A stretch of DNA of 64,000 bases from Candidatus Eiseniibacteriota bacterium (GTDB lineage Bacteria; Eisenbacteria; RBG-16-71-46). Below the pieces are notes generated by a model, which saw only the letters and a program-made list of their open reading frames with translations, was not told the DNA's origin and did no database searches. Below are positions 39,282-49,577 of the stretch, in pieces. The stretch spans positions 512,001 to 576,000 of the forward strand of contig CAVSAC010000012.1 in assembly GCA_963725865.1 (NCBI GenBank). Reading direction: 5' to 3'. Numbering within the stretch: the first letter of the stretch is position 1; every line of letters starts with the position of its first letter. Both the position numbers and the translations under genes were made by a program.

Positions 39282-39902
39282 ATGGGTCGCACGCTGGGAG
39301 TGGTGGTGGCCGGCGGTCGCGGCTCGCGGCTCGGGCTCGGCGTCCCCAAGGCGCTCGCTCCGCTGGCCGGCGGCACGCTGCTCGATCGCGCGGTCGCTTG
39401 CCTCGCGCCGCTGTGCGAGGACGTGGTGGTCGCCGCTCCGGCCGACGTGCCGCTGGGACCGCACGAGGCCCGCCGCGCGACCGATCCACCGGGCGCGGCC
39501 GGACCGCTCGCCGGAATGGTGGCCGGGCTGGGGGCGCGCGCTCATGAGGTGGCGTGGGTGCTCGGCGTGGACTTTCCGCTGGTGCGGCGCGCCACCCTGG
39601 TGGCGCTGCTCGCGCGACTCGCGGAGCGCGATGCCGCGGTCGCGATGCCCACGCCCGGCGGCGTGCCGCAGCCGCTGGTGTGCGCGCTCGGCGCGCGGGC
39701 GGCGCCGGCGCTCGCGGACGCGCTCGCGCTCGGCGAGCGCTCGGCGAGCCGTGCGCTGATGGCGCTCGATCCGGTGCTGCTCGACGCCGCGGCGCTGGAG
39801 TCGCTGGGAGTGGCGCCCGAGGAGTTCCTCAACGTGAACACACCGGCCGACCTCGCGGCGGCCGAGCGCGCTCTGGCGCTCCGCGCGGCCCGGGTCCGAT
39901 GA
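39282..39902 (+). CDS. mobA: Molybdenum cofactor guanylyltransferase
   Basis: VAGGRGSRLG...K, GPLAG, VDFP, FLNVNTPADL. Confidence 0.85.
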   Translation: MGRTLGVVVAGGRGSRLGLGVPKALAPLAGGTLLDRAVACLAPLCEDVVVAAPADVPLGPHEARRATDPPGAAGPLAGMVAGLGARAHEVAWVLGVDFPLVRRATLVALLARLAERDAAVAMPTPGGVPQPLVCALGARAAPALADALALGERSASRALMALDPVLLDAAALESLGVAPEEFLNVNTPADLAAAERALALRAARVR

Positions 39903-39948
39903 CGGGCGCGCGATCCGGCACGCGCCGCGGCGCCGCTCGGCGCGCACG

Positions 39949-41223
39949 ATGAGCGGGATCCGGCTCCCCGACGGGGCGCTCGCGTGCGGCGGCCTGGCGC
40001 TCGATCGTGTGATGGCCGCGCTCAGGCGCGCGGATCCCACGGCGCGCGCGTGCTGGGTCTACGACGGCGCCGCGCTGGAGGCGCGCGCGCGCCGCTTCGT
40101 GGCGGCGTTCGCGCCGCTCGCTCCGCTGTCGGCGTACGCGCTGAAGGCCAACGCGCTCGGTGCCGTGCTCGCCCGCGTTCGCACCGCGGGGCTGGGGGCG
40201 GAGGCCGGCTCGCTCGGCGAACTGGAGGCGGCGAAGCGCGCGGGCTTCGGCCCCGGCCAGCGCATCCTCAACGGCAATGGCCGCACCCCGGAGGAAGCGC
40301 AGTGGGCCGCCCGCGAGGGGGTGGCGCTGGTGAATGCGGACCACGTCGGCGAGCTCGACCTGCTCGATCGCGAAGCCGCGCGCGCCGGCACGCGCCTGCG
40401 GGTGGCCCTGCGCGTGAACCCCGGCATCGACACGCCCGGGCATCCGTACATCGCCACCGGCGGCGGTGACGCCAAGTTCGGCATCGGCGCCGACGAGGCG
40501 CTCGGGGCATGGCAGGCCCGCGCGCGCTGGCCACACCTGGCGCTCGACGCGGTGCACCTGCACGTGGGCTCGCAGCTCATGGAGCCGGCGCCGCTCGCGG
40601 CGACCGCGCGCGTGGCGCTCGAACTGGCGGCCGAGTCCGCGCGCCGCGGGGCGCCGCTGGCGCTCGTCAACCTCGGCGGCGGATTCGGGATCGACTACGA
40701 CGGCGCGGGCGAGTTCCCGCTCGAGCGCTGGGCGGTCGAGCTGGCCGCGATGCCGGCCGCGGCGTCGTTCGGCTGGGCGTTCGAGCCGGGCCGCTGGGTG
40801 GTGGCGCCGGTCGGCGTGCTGCTCGCGGAGGTGCTGTGGGTCAAGCGCCGCGATGGGCGCCGGTTCGTGGTGCTGGCGGCCGGCATGAACGATCTGCTGC
40901 GACCGGCGCTGTACGGCGCGCGCCATCGCATCGTTCCGGTGCGCCCGCGCCCCGGCACCGCGGAGCCCACCTGCGTGGTGGGACCGGTGTGCGAGAGCGC
41001 GGACGTGTTCGCGGAGGAGGCGCCGCTGCCTCCGCTCGAGCCCGGCGACCTGGTGGCGGTGCTGGACGCCGGCGCCTACGGCGCCAGCATGTCGTCGGCC
41101 TACAACGGGCGTGGACGCCTCGCCGAGCTGGTGGCGGCGGGCGGCGAGCTGCGCCTGGCGCGGGCGGCCGAGACGCCCGACGATCTCGCCGCGCGCGAGG
41201 CCGACCGGCCGCTCGCGCCCTGA
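39949..41223 (+). CDS. lysA: Diaminopimelate decarboxylase
   Basis: YALKAN (PLP Lys), KFG, HVGSQ, EPGR, CESAD, GAYGASMSSAYN. Confidence 0.9.
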   Translation: MSGIRLPDGALACGGLALDRVMAALRRADPTARACWVYDGAALEARARRFVAAFAPLAPLSAYALKANALGAVLARVRTAGLGAEAGSLGELEAAKRAGFGPGQRILNGNGRTPEEAQWAAREGVALVNADHVGELDLLDREAARAGTRLRVALRVNPGIDTPGHPYIATGGGDAKFGIGADEALGAWQARARWPHLALDAVHLHVGSQLMEPAPLAATARVALELAAESARRGAPLALVNLGGGFGIDYDGAGEFPLERWAVELAAMPAAASFGWAFEPGRWVVAPVGVLLAEVLWVKRRDGRRFVVLAAGMNDLLRPALYGARHRIVPVRPRPGTAEPTCVVGPVCESADVFAEEAPLPPLEPGDLVAVLDAGAYGASMSSAYNGRGRLAELVAAGGELRLARAAETPDDLAAREADRPLAP

Positions 41224-41361
41224 TCACGCACGCCCCGCGGGCGCGCGCCCGGCCGGCCGCCTGCCCCGGCGGGTGACGAGCGGACACGGCCGCGACCTCC
41301 AGCACGACGCGCGGCGACCCGTGGGGATCGCCGCGCGCGGTGGACGAGCGGGAATGCGGCG

Positions 41362-42006
41362 CTACAGCGCGAGCCGCGGGCGGGACGCGACCAGCAGCAC
41401 GGCCGGGCCCGAGGCGAGGTTCAGGTACGCGTGCTCGGTGTGCGCGCGGAAATGGAGCGAGTCCCCTTCGCGCAGGACGTACGACTGCCCGCCGACGCGG
41501 AGCTCGGCGACGCCCTGCAACACCGTGACCCATTCCTCGCCCTCGTGCCGATGGACGAGCGCGGGCTCGCGGCCGATCGGCAGCGTCACCAGATGCCCGC
41601 CGAGTGCCGCGCCCTGCACCGACTCGTTGAGCGCCTCGAGCGTGGCCTGGCCCCACTGCACGCGCCGTTCGCGCCGGTCGGCCGCACGCTGCACCGCGAT
41701 CAGCGGCAGGACGCGCGGTTCGACCAGGGTGGCGGGCCGCATCCCGAGCGCCACCGCGATGCGCCCGAGCGCGCCGACGGTGGGGGAGGCCTTGCCGCGC
41801 TCGATCTCCGAGACGTGGGTCGCGGAGATCCCTCCGCGCACCTCGAGGTCCTTCAGCGTGAGGCCGCGCGAGACGCGCAGCATCTTGATGCGCCGGCCCA
41901 GCTCGACCCGAGACGGGTCGCGCGTTTGGAGTCCGGCTGCAGCCACCAGCGGCGTGCGGCTCTTCGCGGGCATCGCGACCCCCCGCTTGGGGCGCGGGCT
42001 GGCCAT
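41362..42006 (-). CDS. XRE-family HTH plus cupin regulator
   Basis: TGATG coupling; LGRRIKMLR...SATHVSEIERGKASPT; HRHEGEE...HAY. Confidence 0.88.
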   Translation of the reverse strand: MASPRPKRGVAMPAKSRTPLVAAAGLQTRDPSRVELGRRIKMLRVSRGLTLKDLEVRGGISATHVSEIERGKASPTVGALGRIAVALGMRPATLVEPRVLPLIAVQRAADRRERRVQWGQATLEALNESVQGAALGGHLVTLPIGREPALVHRHEGEEWVTVLQGVAELRVGGQSYVLREGDSLHFRAHTEHAYLNLASGPAVLLVASRPRLAL

Positions 42007-42575
42007 CAGACCTCCTCCAGCGACTGGGTCACCACGGCCACCAGCTCCACGCCGTCGGTCTTCGATGCGCGCAGGCTGTGGGGAGCTGCGAGCGTGGCCT
42101 GGGCGCCGTCGCCCTCGGACAGGGCGGACACCTGATCGCCGAAGCGCGCTTCGACCGTGCCTCGACGGACGTAGTAGAGCGCGTCGCCTTCCAGCTCCTG
42201 CACCGGGATGCGGAACTCGGCACCGGGCTCGAGGGTGATCCGGTAGGCGAACAGCCGGCTCCCCGGGATGCCCGGCGTGAGCACCTCGGCGGCGACGCCC
42301 TTGGCGAGCTGGAGCCCGCGCGCCTGTTCGCGCTGCTGGTGGGCGACGGGCGCGCGCTCCTCCTGCTCGATGAAGAACGAGGCGTCCCGTTCGAGCGCGC
42401 GCGCGATGCGCACCAGCGCGCCGATGGTGGGGGAGGTGCGGCCGCGCTCGATCTCGGAAAGGTGGGTGGCGGACAGTCCCGAGGCCTGCTCCACCTGCTT
42501 GAGCGTCATGCGCCTTTCCAGGCGGAGTTTGCGTATGCGTCGGCCCAGTTCTTCGATCTCTACGATGGTGGACAT
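42006..42575 (-). CDS. XRE-family HTH plus cupin regulator with degenerate cupin
   Basis: LGRRIRKLR...SATHLSEIERGRTSPT; cupin-like C-terminus. Confidence 0.88.
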   Translation of the reverse strand: MSTIVEIEELGRRIRKLRLERRMTLKQVEQASGLSATHLSEIERGRTSPTIGALVRIARALERDASFFIEQEERAPVAHQQREQARGLQLAKGVAAEVLTPGIPGSRLFAYRITLEPGAEFRIPVQELEGDALYYVRRGTVEARFGDQVSALSEGDGAQATLAAPHSLRASKTDGVELVAVVTQSLEEV

Positions 42576-42922
42576 TTTCCCTCGGCGTTCCGGCACGACC
42601 CCATCGGAATACACCCGGAGCCGCGCCTTCGGCCGACCGTCCACGCCGAACGCAACGGTGCACCCACCGGCGTGCGCCGATGGTGTGACGCCACCGCGTC
42701 CGAATGGTCGGGGGCCGCTTCGGAACGGTGTTCGATGACGCTTGGGACAACGACAGCGACCGACGGTTCTACCGCCGGAGTGAAGGAACGGGTCCGCGGA
42801 TCGGTCCGCTCAACCCGTCAAACTCTCGAGTGAGCGCCCAGCTTTCTACGGGTTCACGTCGGGCATCCGTGCGGGCGCCCGCCCGAGGGGTGGGCGTTGC
42901 GCCGCCGGCTCACACGGGCCGC

Positions 42923-42952
42923 ATCGTGCCACGCGCTCGGCGAATCCGTCAA
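42923..42952 (-). promoter_or_regulatory. Putative promoter for the XRE pair
   Basis: TTGACG-N18-CACGAT with extended TG. Confidence 0.4.
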
Positions 42953-43000
42953 GACAGCCGATCCGGGATATCGGAAACGGCAGGGGCAATTCCACATGCC

Positions 43001-43029
43001 TTGACAGTGCAGCGCCCCCAAGCGAGACT
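43001..43029 (+). promoter_or_regulatory. Putative sigma-70 promoter for etfBA
   Basis: TTGACA-N17-GAGACT. Confidence 0.5.
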
Positions 43030-43138
43030 CCGCCGCCGTGCGCTCCGCTGGTCCCATGCCGACCCTCGGGATGCGGAGCCCCTTGTGAACCCAGTCACGA
43101 ATCGGGCCACTTCCGGCCCTCGACCGACGAGGTGACTC

Positions 43139-43891
43139 GTGCTGCAGGTGGTGTGCATCAAGCAGGTCGCCGACACCGAGACGCGCGTGAAGGTGGGCGC
43201 GGACGGGCGGAGCCTGGATCCGGCGGGCGTCACGTGGATCCTCAATCCGTACGACGAATACGCCCTCGAACAGGCGCTGCGCGTGCGCGAGGCGCAGGGC
43301 GCGGGTGAGGTCGTGGCGATCTCGCTCGGCGGCCCCGGGGTGCAGACCACGCTGCGCAACGCGCTCGCGATGGGCGCCGACCGGGCGATTCACCTGACCG
43401 CGGACGCCGCCGCGGCCGACCCGCTCGCCGTCGCGCGCGCGCTCGCCGCGGCCCTGCGCGACCTGAACGCCGACCTGGTGTGGCTCGGCAAGCAGGCCAC
43501 CGACGACGACGCCGCGCAGGTCGGTCCGATGCTCGCCGTGCTGCTGGGGCGGCCGTGCGTCAGCGCGATCGCCACGTTCGCGCTCGAAGGCTCGCGAGTG
43601 CGCGTCGAGCGCGAGATCGAAGGGGGCCGCGAAGTGGTCGAGGTCGAGCTGCCGGCCGTGCTGACCGCGGACAAGGGGCTCAACGAGCCGCGCTACGCAT
43701 CGCTCAAGGGCATCATGGCGGCCAAGAAGAAGCCCATCGAAGAGAAGCCCGCGGAGCTGGGACCGGCCTGCCTCGAGGTCACCGCGCTCACGCTGCCGCC
43801 CGCTCGCTCGGCCGGTCGCATCATCGGCAACGGCGTCGAGGCGGTCCCCGAGCTCGTGCGCGTCCTGCGCCACGAAGCCAAGGTCATCTGA
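43139..43891 (+). CDS. etfB: Electron transfer flavoprotein beta subunit
   Basis: VCIKQV, NPYDEYALE, GKQATD, NEPRYASLKGIMAAKKK. Confidence 0.93.
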   Translation: MLQVVCIKQVADTETRVKVGADGRSLDPAGVTWILNPYDEYALEQALRVREAQGAGEVVAISLGGPGVQTTLRNALAMGADRAIHLTADAAAADPLAVARALAAALRDLNADLVWLGKQATDDDAAQVGPMLAVLLGRPCVSAIATFALEGSRVRVEREIEGGREVVEVELPAVLTADKGLNEPRYASLKGIMAAKKKPIEEKPAELGPACLEVTALTLPPARSAGRIIGNGVEAVPELVRVLRHEAKVI

Positions 43892-43902
43892 GGGAGCGGC
43901 CC

Positions 43903-44877
43903 ATGAGCATTCTGGTGTTCATCGAGCAGCGCGACGGTCAGGTCCGCGCGGTGTCGCGCGAGGCGCTGGGGGCGGCGACGCGGCTGGCGTCGGACCTCGG
44001 CGGTCCGGTGGTGGGCGTGTGCTGCGCGACGGCCGATCCCGGCCTCGCGGCCCTCGGCGACGGCGGCGCGGAGCGCGTGCTGCTCGCGACGCACGCGCGT
44101 TTCGAGCGCTACGACGGCGAGGGCTACGCGCTCGCCGTGAAGGCCGCGGTGGACGCGGTGAAGCCGGCCGCGGTGCTGTTCGCGGCGACATCGATGGGCA
44201 AGGACCTGGCGCCGCGGGTGGCGGCCCTGCTGGGCGTGGGGCTGGCCTCGGAGTGCACGGCGCTCGCCGTGGAAGGCGGCGCGCTGCGGGCCACTCGTCC
44301 GGTGTTCGCGGGCAAGGCGGTGCAGACGGTGGCGTTCCCCGCCGCGCCCGCGCTCGCCACCCTGCGCCCGAAGATGTTCGCGGCCGTCGCCGTCGACGGC
44401 AAACGTGCGGCCGTCGAGCCGCTCGCGGTGACGCTCGAGGGCGCCCCGAAGGCGCGCGTGACGGAGATCGCGGCGTCCGGCGCGGGCAAGGTGGACCTCA
44501 CCGAGGCGGAGATCATCGTGACCGGCGGGCGCGGCGTGAAGGGTCCCGAGCACTTCGCGCTGCTCGAGGCGCTCGCCGCCGCGCTCGGTGGCTCGGTGGG
44601 CGCGTCGCGCGCGGTGGTCGACGCGGGATGGCGACCGCACGCGGAGCAGGTCGGCCAGACCGGCAAGACGGTCGCTCCCAAGCTGTACATCGCGGCCGGC
44701 GTGTCCGGCGCGATCCAGCACCTGGCGGGGATGACCTCGTCGCGTTGCATCGTGGCGATCAACAAGGACCCGGAGGCACCCATCTTCAAGGTGGCGGACT
44801 ACGGGGTGGTGGGGGATCTTTTCGAGGTGCTTCCCGCGCTCACGGAGGCCGTGAAGAAGCTCGACGCAGCGGGTTGA
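43903..44877 (+). CDS. etfA: Electron transfer flavoprotein alpha subunit
   Basis: GGRG, GASRAVVDAGW, QVGQTGK, SGAIQHLAGM, INKD. Confidence 0.93.
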   Translation: MSILVFIEQRDGQVRAVSREALGAATRLASDLGGPVVGVCCATADPGLAALGDGGAERVLLATHARFERYDGEGYALAVKAAVDAVKPAAVLFAATSMGKDLAPRVAALLGVGLASECTALAVEGGALRATRPVFAGKAVQTVAFPAAPALATLRPKMFAAVAVDGKRAAVEPLAVTLEGAPKARVTEIAASGAGKVDLTEAEIIVTGGRGVKGPEHFALLEALAAALGGSVGASRAVVDAGWRPHAEQVGQTGKTVAPKLYIAAGVSGAIQHLAGMTSSRCIVAINKDPEAPIFKVADYGVVGDLFEVLPALTEAVKKLDAAG

Positions 44878-44968
44878 GCCGCGCGCCGCGCGCGGCTTGG
44901 ACGCCGATCCACGGTCTGCTAGGGTGCGGCGCTGGAGCGTCGCGACGACGAGGGGGGAGGGGGTTTCG

Positions 44969-45322
44969 ATGCGCGAATACCTGCCCGTGCTGCTGTTCTT
45001 CCTGGGAGCCATCGGGTTCGCCGCGGGCACGATAACGATGTCCACCTTCCTCGTGCCGCGCCGCACCAACCGCATCAAGAACGCTCCCTACGAGTGCGGC
45101 GTCGATCCGGTCGGCGACGCGCGCCAGCGATTCACGGTGAAGTTCTACCTGGTCGCCGTGCTGTTCATCCTGTTCGACATCGAGGCCGTGTTCCTCTACC
45201 CGTGGGCCGTGACGTTCCGTCACCTCGGCCTCTACGGGCTGGTCGAGATGATCCTGTTCATCCTCATCCTGTTGGTGGGGTACCTCTACCTCATCCAGAA
45301 GCGGGCCCTCGAATGGGAGTGA
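44969..45322 (+). CDS. nuoA: NADH-quinone oxidoreductase subunit A
   Basis: PYECG, FYLVAVLFILFDIE, LEWE. Confidence 0.95.
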   Translation: MREYLPVLLFFLGAIGFAAGTITMSTFLVPRRTNRIKNAPYECGVDPVGDARQRFTVKFYLVAVLFILFDIEAVFLYPWAVTFRHLGLYGLVEMILFILILLVGYLYLIQKRALEWE

Positions 45323-45397
45323 CCCCGGCCCCGGCCGTTCCGGCGCTCACGCCTGCAGGAGACCGTGGCGCGTGACGCGCGCCTGGCGACGACGACC

Positions 45398-46039
45398 ATG
45401 ACCGACCACGCTCCCAAGCCGTTCCGCACGCTCGGTCCCGCCCCGGCGCAGACTCCGCAGGAGCAGGACCTCGAGCGCATCCTCAACACCTCGCCGGCCG
45501 GGCTCGTGAGCATCCAGACCGACGAGGCGTTGACCGCCGAGGAGCTCGAGCGCGGGATCCTGTTCACGACCGTCGACTCCATGGTGGGCTGGGCGCGCGC
45601 GAACTCCATCTGGCCGCTCGGCTTCGGGCTCGCCTGCTGCGCGATCGAGATGATGGCCGGGCTGGGCCCGCGCTTCGACATCTCGCGCTTCGGCGCCGAG
45701 GTCATGCGTCCCTCCCCGCGGCAGGCGGACCTGATGATCGTCGCCGGCCGCGTGAGTGTGAAGATGGCGCCGGTGCTGCGCACGCTGTACGACCAGATGC
45801 CGGATCCCAAGTGGGTCATCTCGATGGGCGCCTGCGCCTCGTGCGGAGGCGTGTTCAACAACTACGCGATCGTGCAGGGCGTGGACAAGATCGTTCCGGT
45901 GGACGTCTACGTGCCCGGCTGTCCTCCGCGGCCCGAGGCGCTCATCCACGGGATCATGAAGCTCCAGGAGAAGATCCTCGCTTCGCGCAGCGAACTGGGC
46001 CCCGTGGCCCGGAAGCGCAAGAAGAAGGGAGCGGCATGA
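45398..46039 (+). CDS. nuoB: NADH-quinone oxidoreductase subunit B (start at 45365 or 45398)
   Basis: [31 protein letters not shown]. Confidence 0.95.
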   Translation: MTDHAPKPFRTLGPAPAQTPQEQDLERILNTSPAGLVSIQTDEALTAEELERGILFTTVDSMVGWARANSIWPLGFGLACCAIEMMAGLGPRFDISRFGAEVMRPSPRQADLMIVAGRVSVKMAPVLRTLYDQMPDPKWVISMGACASCGGVFNNYAIVQGVDKIVPVDVYVPGCPPRPEALIHGIMKLQEKILASRSELGPVARKRKKKGAA

Positions 46040-46602
46040 GTGCGCTGACGCCCGGGCGGGTGGAGGAGCGGTTGCGGGAGCGGTTCCCGGACGTCCCCTT
46101 CCAGCGCCAGACGGGTGAAGCCGTGCGCGATCTCACGATCTTCGTGCCGGTCGCGCGACTGATCGAGATCTGCACGTTCCTCCGGGACGACCCGGAACTC
46201 GACTTCGCCCAGCTGTCGTGGATCTCCGGCGTCGACTGGCTGCCCCGCGAGCCCCGCTTCGAGGTGGTCTACGGGCTGCTGTCGATGTCGCGCACGTTCC
46301 GCATGAACCTCAAGCTCCAGGTCCCGGAAGCCCAGCCGCGCGTGCCCACCGTGATCCCGGTGTGGCCCACCGCGGACTGGCTCGAGCGCGAGACCTACGA
46401 CTTCTACGGCATCGAGTTCACGGGGCATCCCGACCTGCGCCGCATCCTGCTGCCCGAGGACTGGGTGGGATGGCCGCTGCGCAAGGACTCGCCGCTCGGC
46501 TACGAGGAGGTCGCGTTCACGCACAACACGCCGTCGCGACGCGTGCCCGACCCCTCGCTCAAGAAGCTGGCGCCGAAGAAGGTGAGATACCGTGCGCACT
46601 GA
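46036..46602 (+). CDS. nuoC: NADH-quinone oxidoreductase subunit C
   Basis: [27 protein letters not shown]...PLRKD. Confidence 0.94.
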   Translation: MSALTPGRVEERLRERFPDVPFQRQTGEAVRDLTIFVPVARLIEICTFLRDDPELDFAQLSWISGVDWLPREPRFEVVYGLLSMSRTFRMNLKLQVPEAQPRVPTVIPVWPTADWLERETYDFYGIEFTGHPDLRRILLPEDWVGWPLRKDSPLGYEEVAFTHNTPSRRVPDPSLKKLAPKKVRYRAH

Positions 46603-47770
46603 GACCATGACCCTGAACATGGGGCCCCAGCACCCGTCGACCCACGGGGTGCTGCGGGTCGCGCTCGAGCTCGACGGCGAGACGGTGCTCAAGGCGAAGC
46701 CGATCGTCGGCTACCTGCACACGGGCATGGAGAAGCAGGCGGAGTACAAGACCTACACCCAGTCGATCCCACAGACCGACCGGATGGACTACGCCGCGCC
46801 CCTCTCGAACAACCTGGCGCTGTGCCTCGCGGCCGAGAAACTGCTCGGCATCGAGGCACCGGCGCGCGCGCAGGCGATCCGCGTGCTGCTCGCCGAGCTC
46901 ACGCGCATCAGCTCGCACTGCCTGTGGCTCGGGACCCATGCGCTCGACATCGGCGCGATGACGGTGTTCTTCTACACGTTCCGCGAGCGCGAGAAGGTGC
47001 TCTCGATCCAGGACATGGTGTGCGGCGCCCGCATGACCGCGTCCTACGTGCGGGTCGGCGGACTCGCGATGGACATCCCCGACGGCTTCCTCGACAAGTG
47101 CGAGAAGTTCGTCGACGAGATGCCGCCGCACGTCGACGAGTACGAGACCCTGCTCACCAAGAACCCGATCTGGCTCGCGCGCACGCGCGGCGTGGCGCCG
47201 CTGTCGAGGGCTGACGCGATCGCGCTCGGGGCGACCGGTCCGATCCTGCGCGCCTCGGGCATGAACTGGGACCTGCGCAAGAACCAGCCCTACTGCGGCT
47301 ACGAGACCTACGATTTCGAGGTCCCGGTCGGCACGCGGGGCGACGCCTACGATCGGTACACTGTCCGCGTGGCCGAGATCCGCCAGGCGACCCGCATCGC
47401 GAAGCAGGCCATCCAGCGTCTGCGCGACCTGGGCCCGGGGGACTACCGCCTGCGCGACTACAAGTACGTGCTGCCGCCCAAGGAAGAGGTGAAGACCTCC
47501 ATGGAGGCCCTCATCCACCACTTCAAGATCGTGGCCCATGGCTTCTTCCCGCCGGTCGGCGAGGCCTACCACGCGGTCGAGAATCCCAAGGGCGAGCTGG
47601 GCTTCTACTTCATCTCGGACGGCACGCCGCGGCCGTGGCGCATGAAGGTGCGCTCGCCGTCGTTCACCAACATGCAGTGCCTGTCCACGATGGTGGAGGG
47701 CCGGCTGGTCGCGGACGTGATCGCGGCGATCGGCAGCCTCGACATCATCCTCGGGGAGATCGACCGATGA
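46592..47770 (+). CDS. nuoD: NADH-quinone oxidoreductase subunit D
   Basis: NMGPQHPSTHGVLR, RMDY, GEIDR. Confidence 0.95.
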   Translation: MRTETMTLNMGPQHPSTHGVLRVALELDGETVLKAKPIVGYLHTGMEKQAEYKTYTQSIPQTDRMDYAAPLSNNLALCLAAEKLLGIEAPARAQAIRVLLAELTRISSHCLWLGTHALDIGAMTVFFYTFREREKVLSIQDMVCGARMTASYVRVGGLAMDIPDGFLDKCEKFVDEMPPHVDEYETLLTKNPIWLARTRGVAPLSRADAIALGATGPILRASGMNWDLRKNQPYCGYETYDFEVPVGTRGDAYDRYTVRVAEIRQATRIAKQAIQRLRDLGPGDYRLRDYKYVLPPKEEVKTSMEALIHHFKIVAHGFFPPVGEAYHAVENPKGELGFYFISDGTPRPWRMKVRSPSFTNMQCLSTMVEGRLVADVIAAIGSLDIILGEIDR

Positions 47771-48282
47771 CCGACGCCCACGCGACCCTGACCCCGGCCC
47801 GCGCGCTGGCGCCGTTCGCGGTCTCCGACGCCGCTCGCGCCGAGATCGAGCAGGCGCTCACGCGCTACCCGAACAAGCGCTCGGCCCTGCTGCCGGTGCT
47901 GTGGGTGCTGCAGAAGGAGCACGGCTGGCTGCCTCCGGCCGCGCTCCGCCACGCCGCGCGGGCACTGGATCTCGACGAGCCCGAGGTGTTCGGGGTGGCG
48001 ACGTTCTACACGATGTTCAACCTGCAGCCGGTCGGGAAGTACCACCTGCAGGTGTGCAGGACGCTGTCCTGCTCGTTGATGGGCGCGGACCGGCTGTTCC
48101 GCCACCTCGAGAAGAAGCTCGGAGTGGGGCACGGCCAGACCACGCCGGACGGTCGTTTCACGCTGCGCCGGGTCGAGTGCCTCGCGGCGTGCGGCGGCGG
48201 TCCCTGCATGCAGGTGAACTTCGACTTCCACGAGAACCTCGACGAGGCGAAGGTGGACGCGCTGCTGGAGACGCTCAGGTGA
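47767..48282 (+). CDS. nuoE: NADH-quinone oxidoreductase subunit E
   Basis: VATFYTMF, CRTLSC, ECLAAC. Confidence 0.94.
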   Translation: MTDAHATLTPARALAPFAVSDAARAEIEQALTRYPNKRSALLPVLWVLQKEHGWLPPAALRHAARALDLDEPEVFGVATFYTMFNLQPVGKYHLQVCRTLSCSLMGADRLFRHLEKKLGVGHGQTTPDGRFTLRRVECLAACGGGPCMQVNFDFHENLDEAKVDALLETLR

Positions 48283-49577
48283 GAGGGCCACTGCTCTTCA
48301 AGGACATCGATGCGCCCGGCCTCGCGACGCTCGACGGCTACCGCCGGCAGGGCGGCTACCAGACCCTGAGCGCGGTGCTCGGCAAGCGGGAACCCGACGC
48401 GTGCATCGAGGAGGTCAAGGCGTCCGGGCTGCGCGGACGCGGCGGCGCCGGGTTCCCGACCGGGCTCAAGTGGAGCTTCGTGCCCAAGGGCAACGCGAAG
48501 CCGAAGTACATCGTGTGCAACGCCGACGAGTCCGAGCCGGGCACGTTCAAGGACCACGAGCTGCTGCGGCTCAACCCGCACCTGCTGATCGAGGGCATGA
48601 TCCTCGCGGGCTGGGCGATCCAGGCGAACACCGGCTACCTCTACCTGCGCGGCGAGTTCGAGTACCTGCAGCGCGTGGTCGACGCCGCGCTCGCCGAGGC
48701 GGGCGCCGCCGGCCTGGTGGGCGCGAACTGCGCGGGCAGCGGCTTCCGCTTCGACCTGCACACCCATCTCGGCGCGGGGGCCTACATCTGCGGCGAGGAG
48801 ACCGCGCTGCTGTCCTCGCTCGAGGGCTACCGCGGCCAGCCGCGCCTGAAGCCGCCGTTCCCGGCGGTCGAGGGGCTGTACCGCTGCCCCACCGTGGTGA
48901 ACAACGTCGAGACCCTGATGAACGTGCCGCACATCCTGCAGCACGGCGGCGCGTGGTACCGGCAGTGGGGCAACGAGAAGAGCCCGGGCACCAAGGTGTT
49001 CAGCGTCTCCGGCCCGGTGAAGCGGCCCGGCAACTACGAACTGCCGCTCGGCACCCCGCTGCGCACGCTGATCGAGCAGCACTGCGGCGGGATGCGCGAC
49101 GGACTCCAGGTGAAGGCCATCATCCCGGGCGGCTCCTCGGTGCCGCCCATCCCGGCCTCGATGATCGACACCCCGCTCGACTTCGAGTCCATGAACGCGG
49201 TGGGCACGTTCCTCGGCTCCGGCGCGGTGATCGTGATCGACGATCAGACCTGCCTGGTGGACGCGCTGCTCAACATCAGCCACTTCTACCGCCACGAGTC
49301 GTGCGGCAAGTGCACGCCGTGCCGCGAGGGCACGTACTGGATGACGCGCATCCTCGAGCGGCTGGAGCACGGCGAGGGCCGGCTCGAGGACCTGGACGTG
49401 CTGAACGACGCCGCGGACAACATCCTCGGCAAGTCGTTCTGCGCGCTCGGCGATGCGGCCGCGATGCCGGTCATGGGCTTCCTCAAGCACTTCCGCGCCG
49501 AGTTCGAGCACCACATCCAGCACAAGAAGTGCCTGGCGAACCGCCGTCGCGAGTCCCTCACGGAGGTGACCGCGTGA
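48279..49577 (+). CDS. nuoF: NADH-quinone oxidoreductase subunit F
   Basis: GLRGRGGAGFPTG, NADESEPG, GAGAYICGEET, ESCGKCTPCREG. Confidence 0.95.
   Translation: MRGPLLFKDIDAPGLATLDGYRRQGGYQTLSAVLGKREPDACIEEVKASGLRGRGGAGFPTGLKWSFVPKGNAKPKYIVCNADESEPGTFKDHELLRLNPHLLIEGMILAGWAIQANTGYLYLRGEFEYLQRVVDAALAEAGAAGLVGANCAGSGFRFDLHTHLGAGAYICGEETALLSSLEGYRGQPRLKPPFPAVEGLYRCPTVVNNVETLMNVPHILQHGGAWYRQWGNEKSPGTKVFSVSGPVKRPGNYELPLGTPLRTLIEQHCGGMRDGLQVKAIIPGGSSVPPIPASMIDTPLDFESMNAVGTFLGSGAVIVIDDQTCLVDALLNISHFYRHESCGKCTPCREGTYWMTRILERLEHGEGRLEDLDVLNDAADNILGKSFCALGDAAAMPVMGFLKHFRAEFEHHIQHKKCLANRRRESLTEVTA

Noticed and set aside
43035..43138. SRP-like or riboswitch RNA in the etfB leader
   Set aside because: Lacks the conserved SRP core (CAGG...GGAAGCAGC); no recognisable riboswitch consensus.
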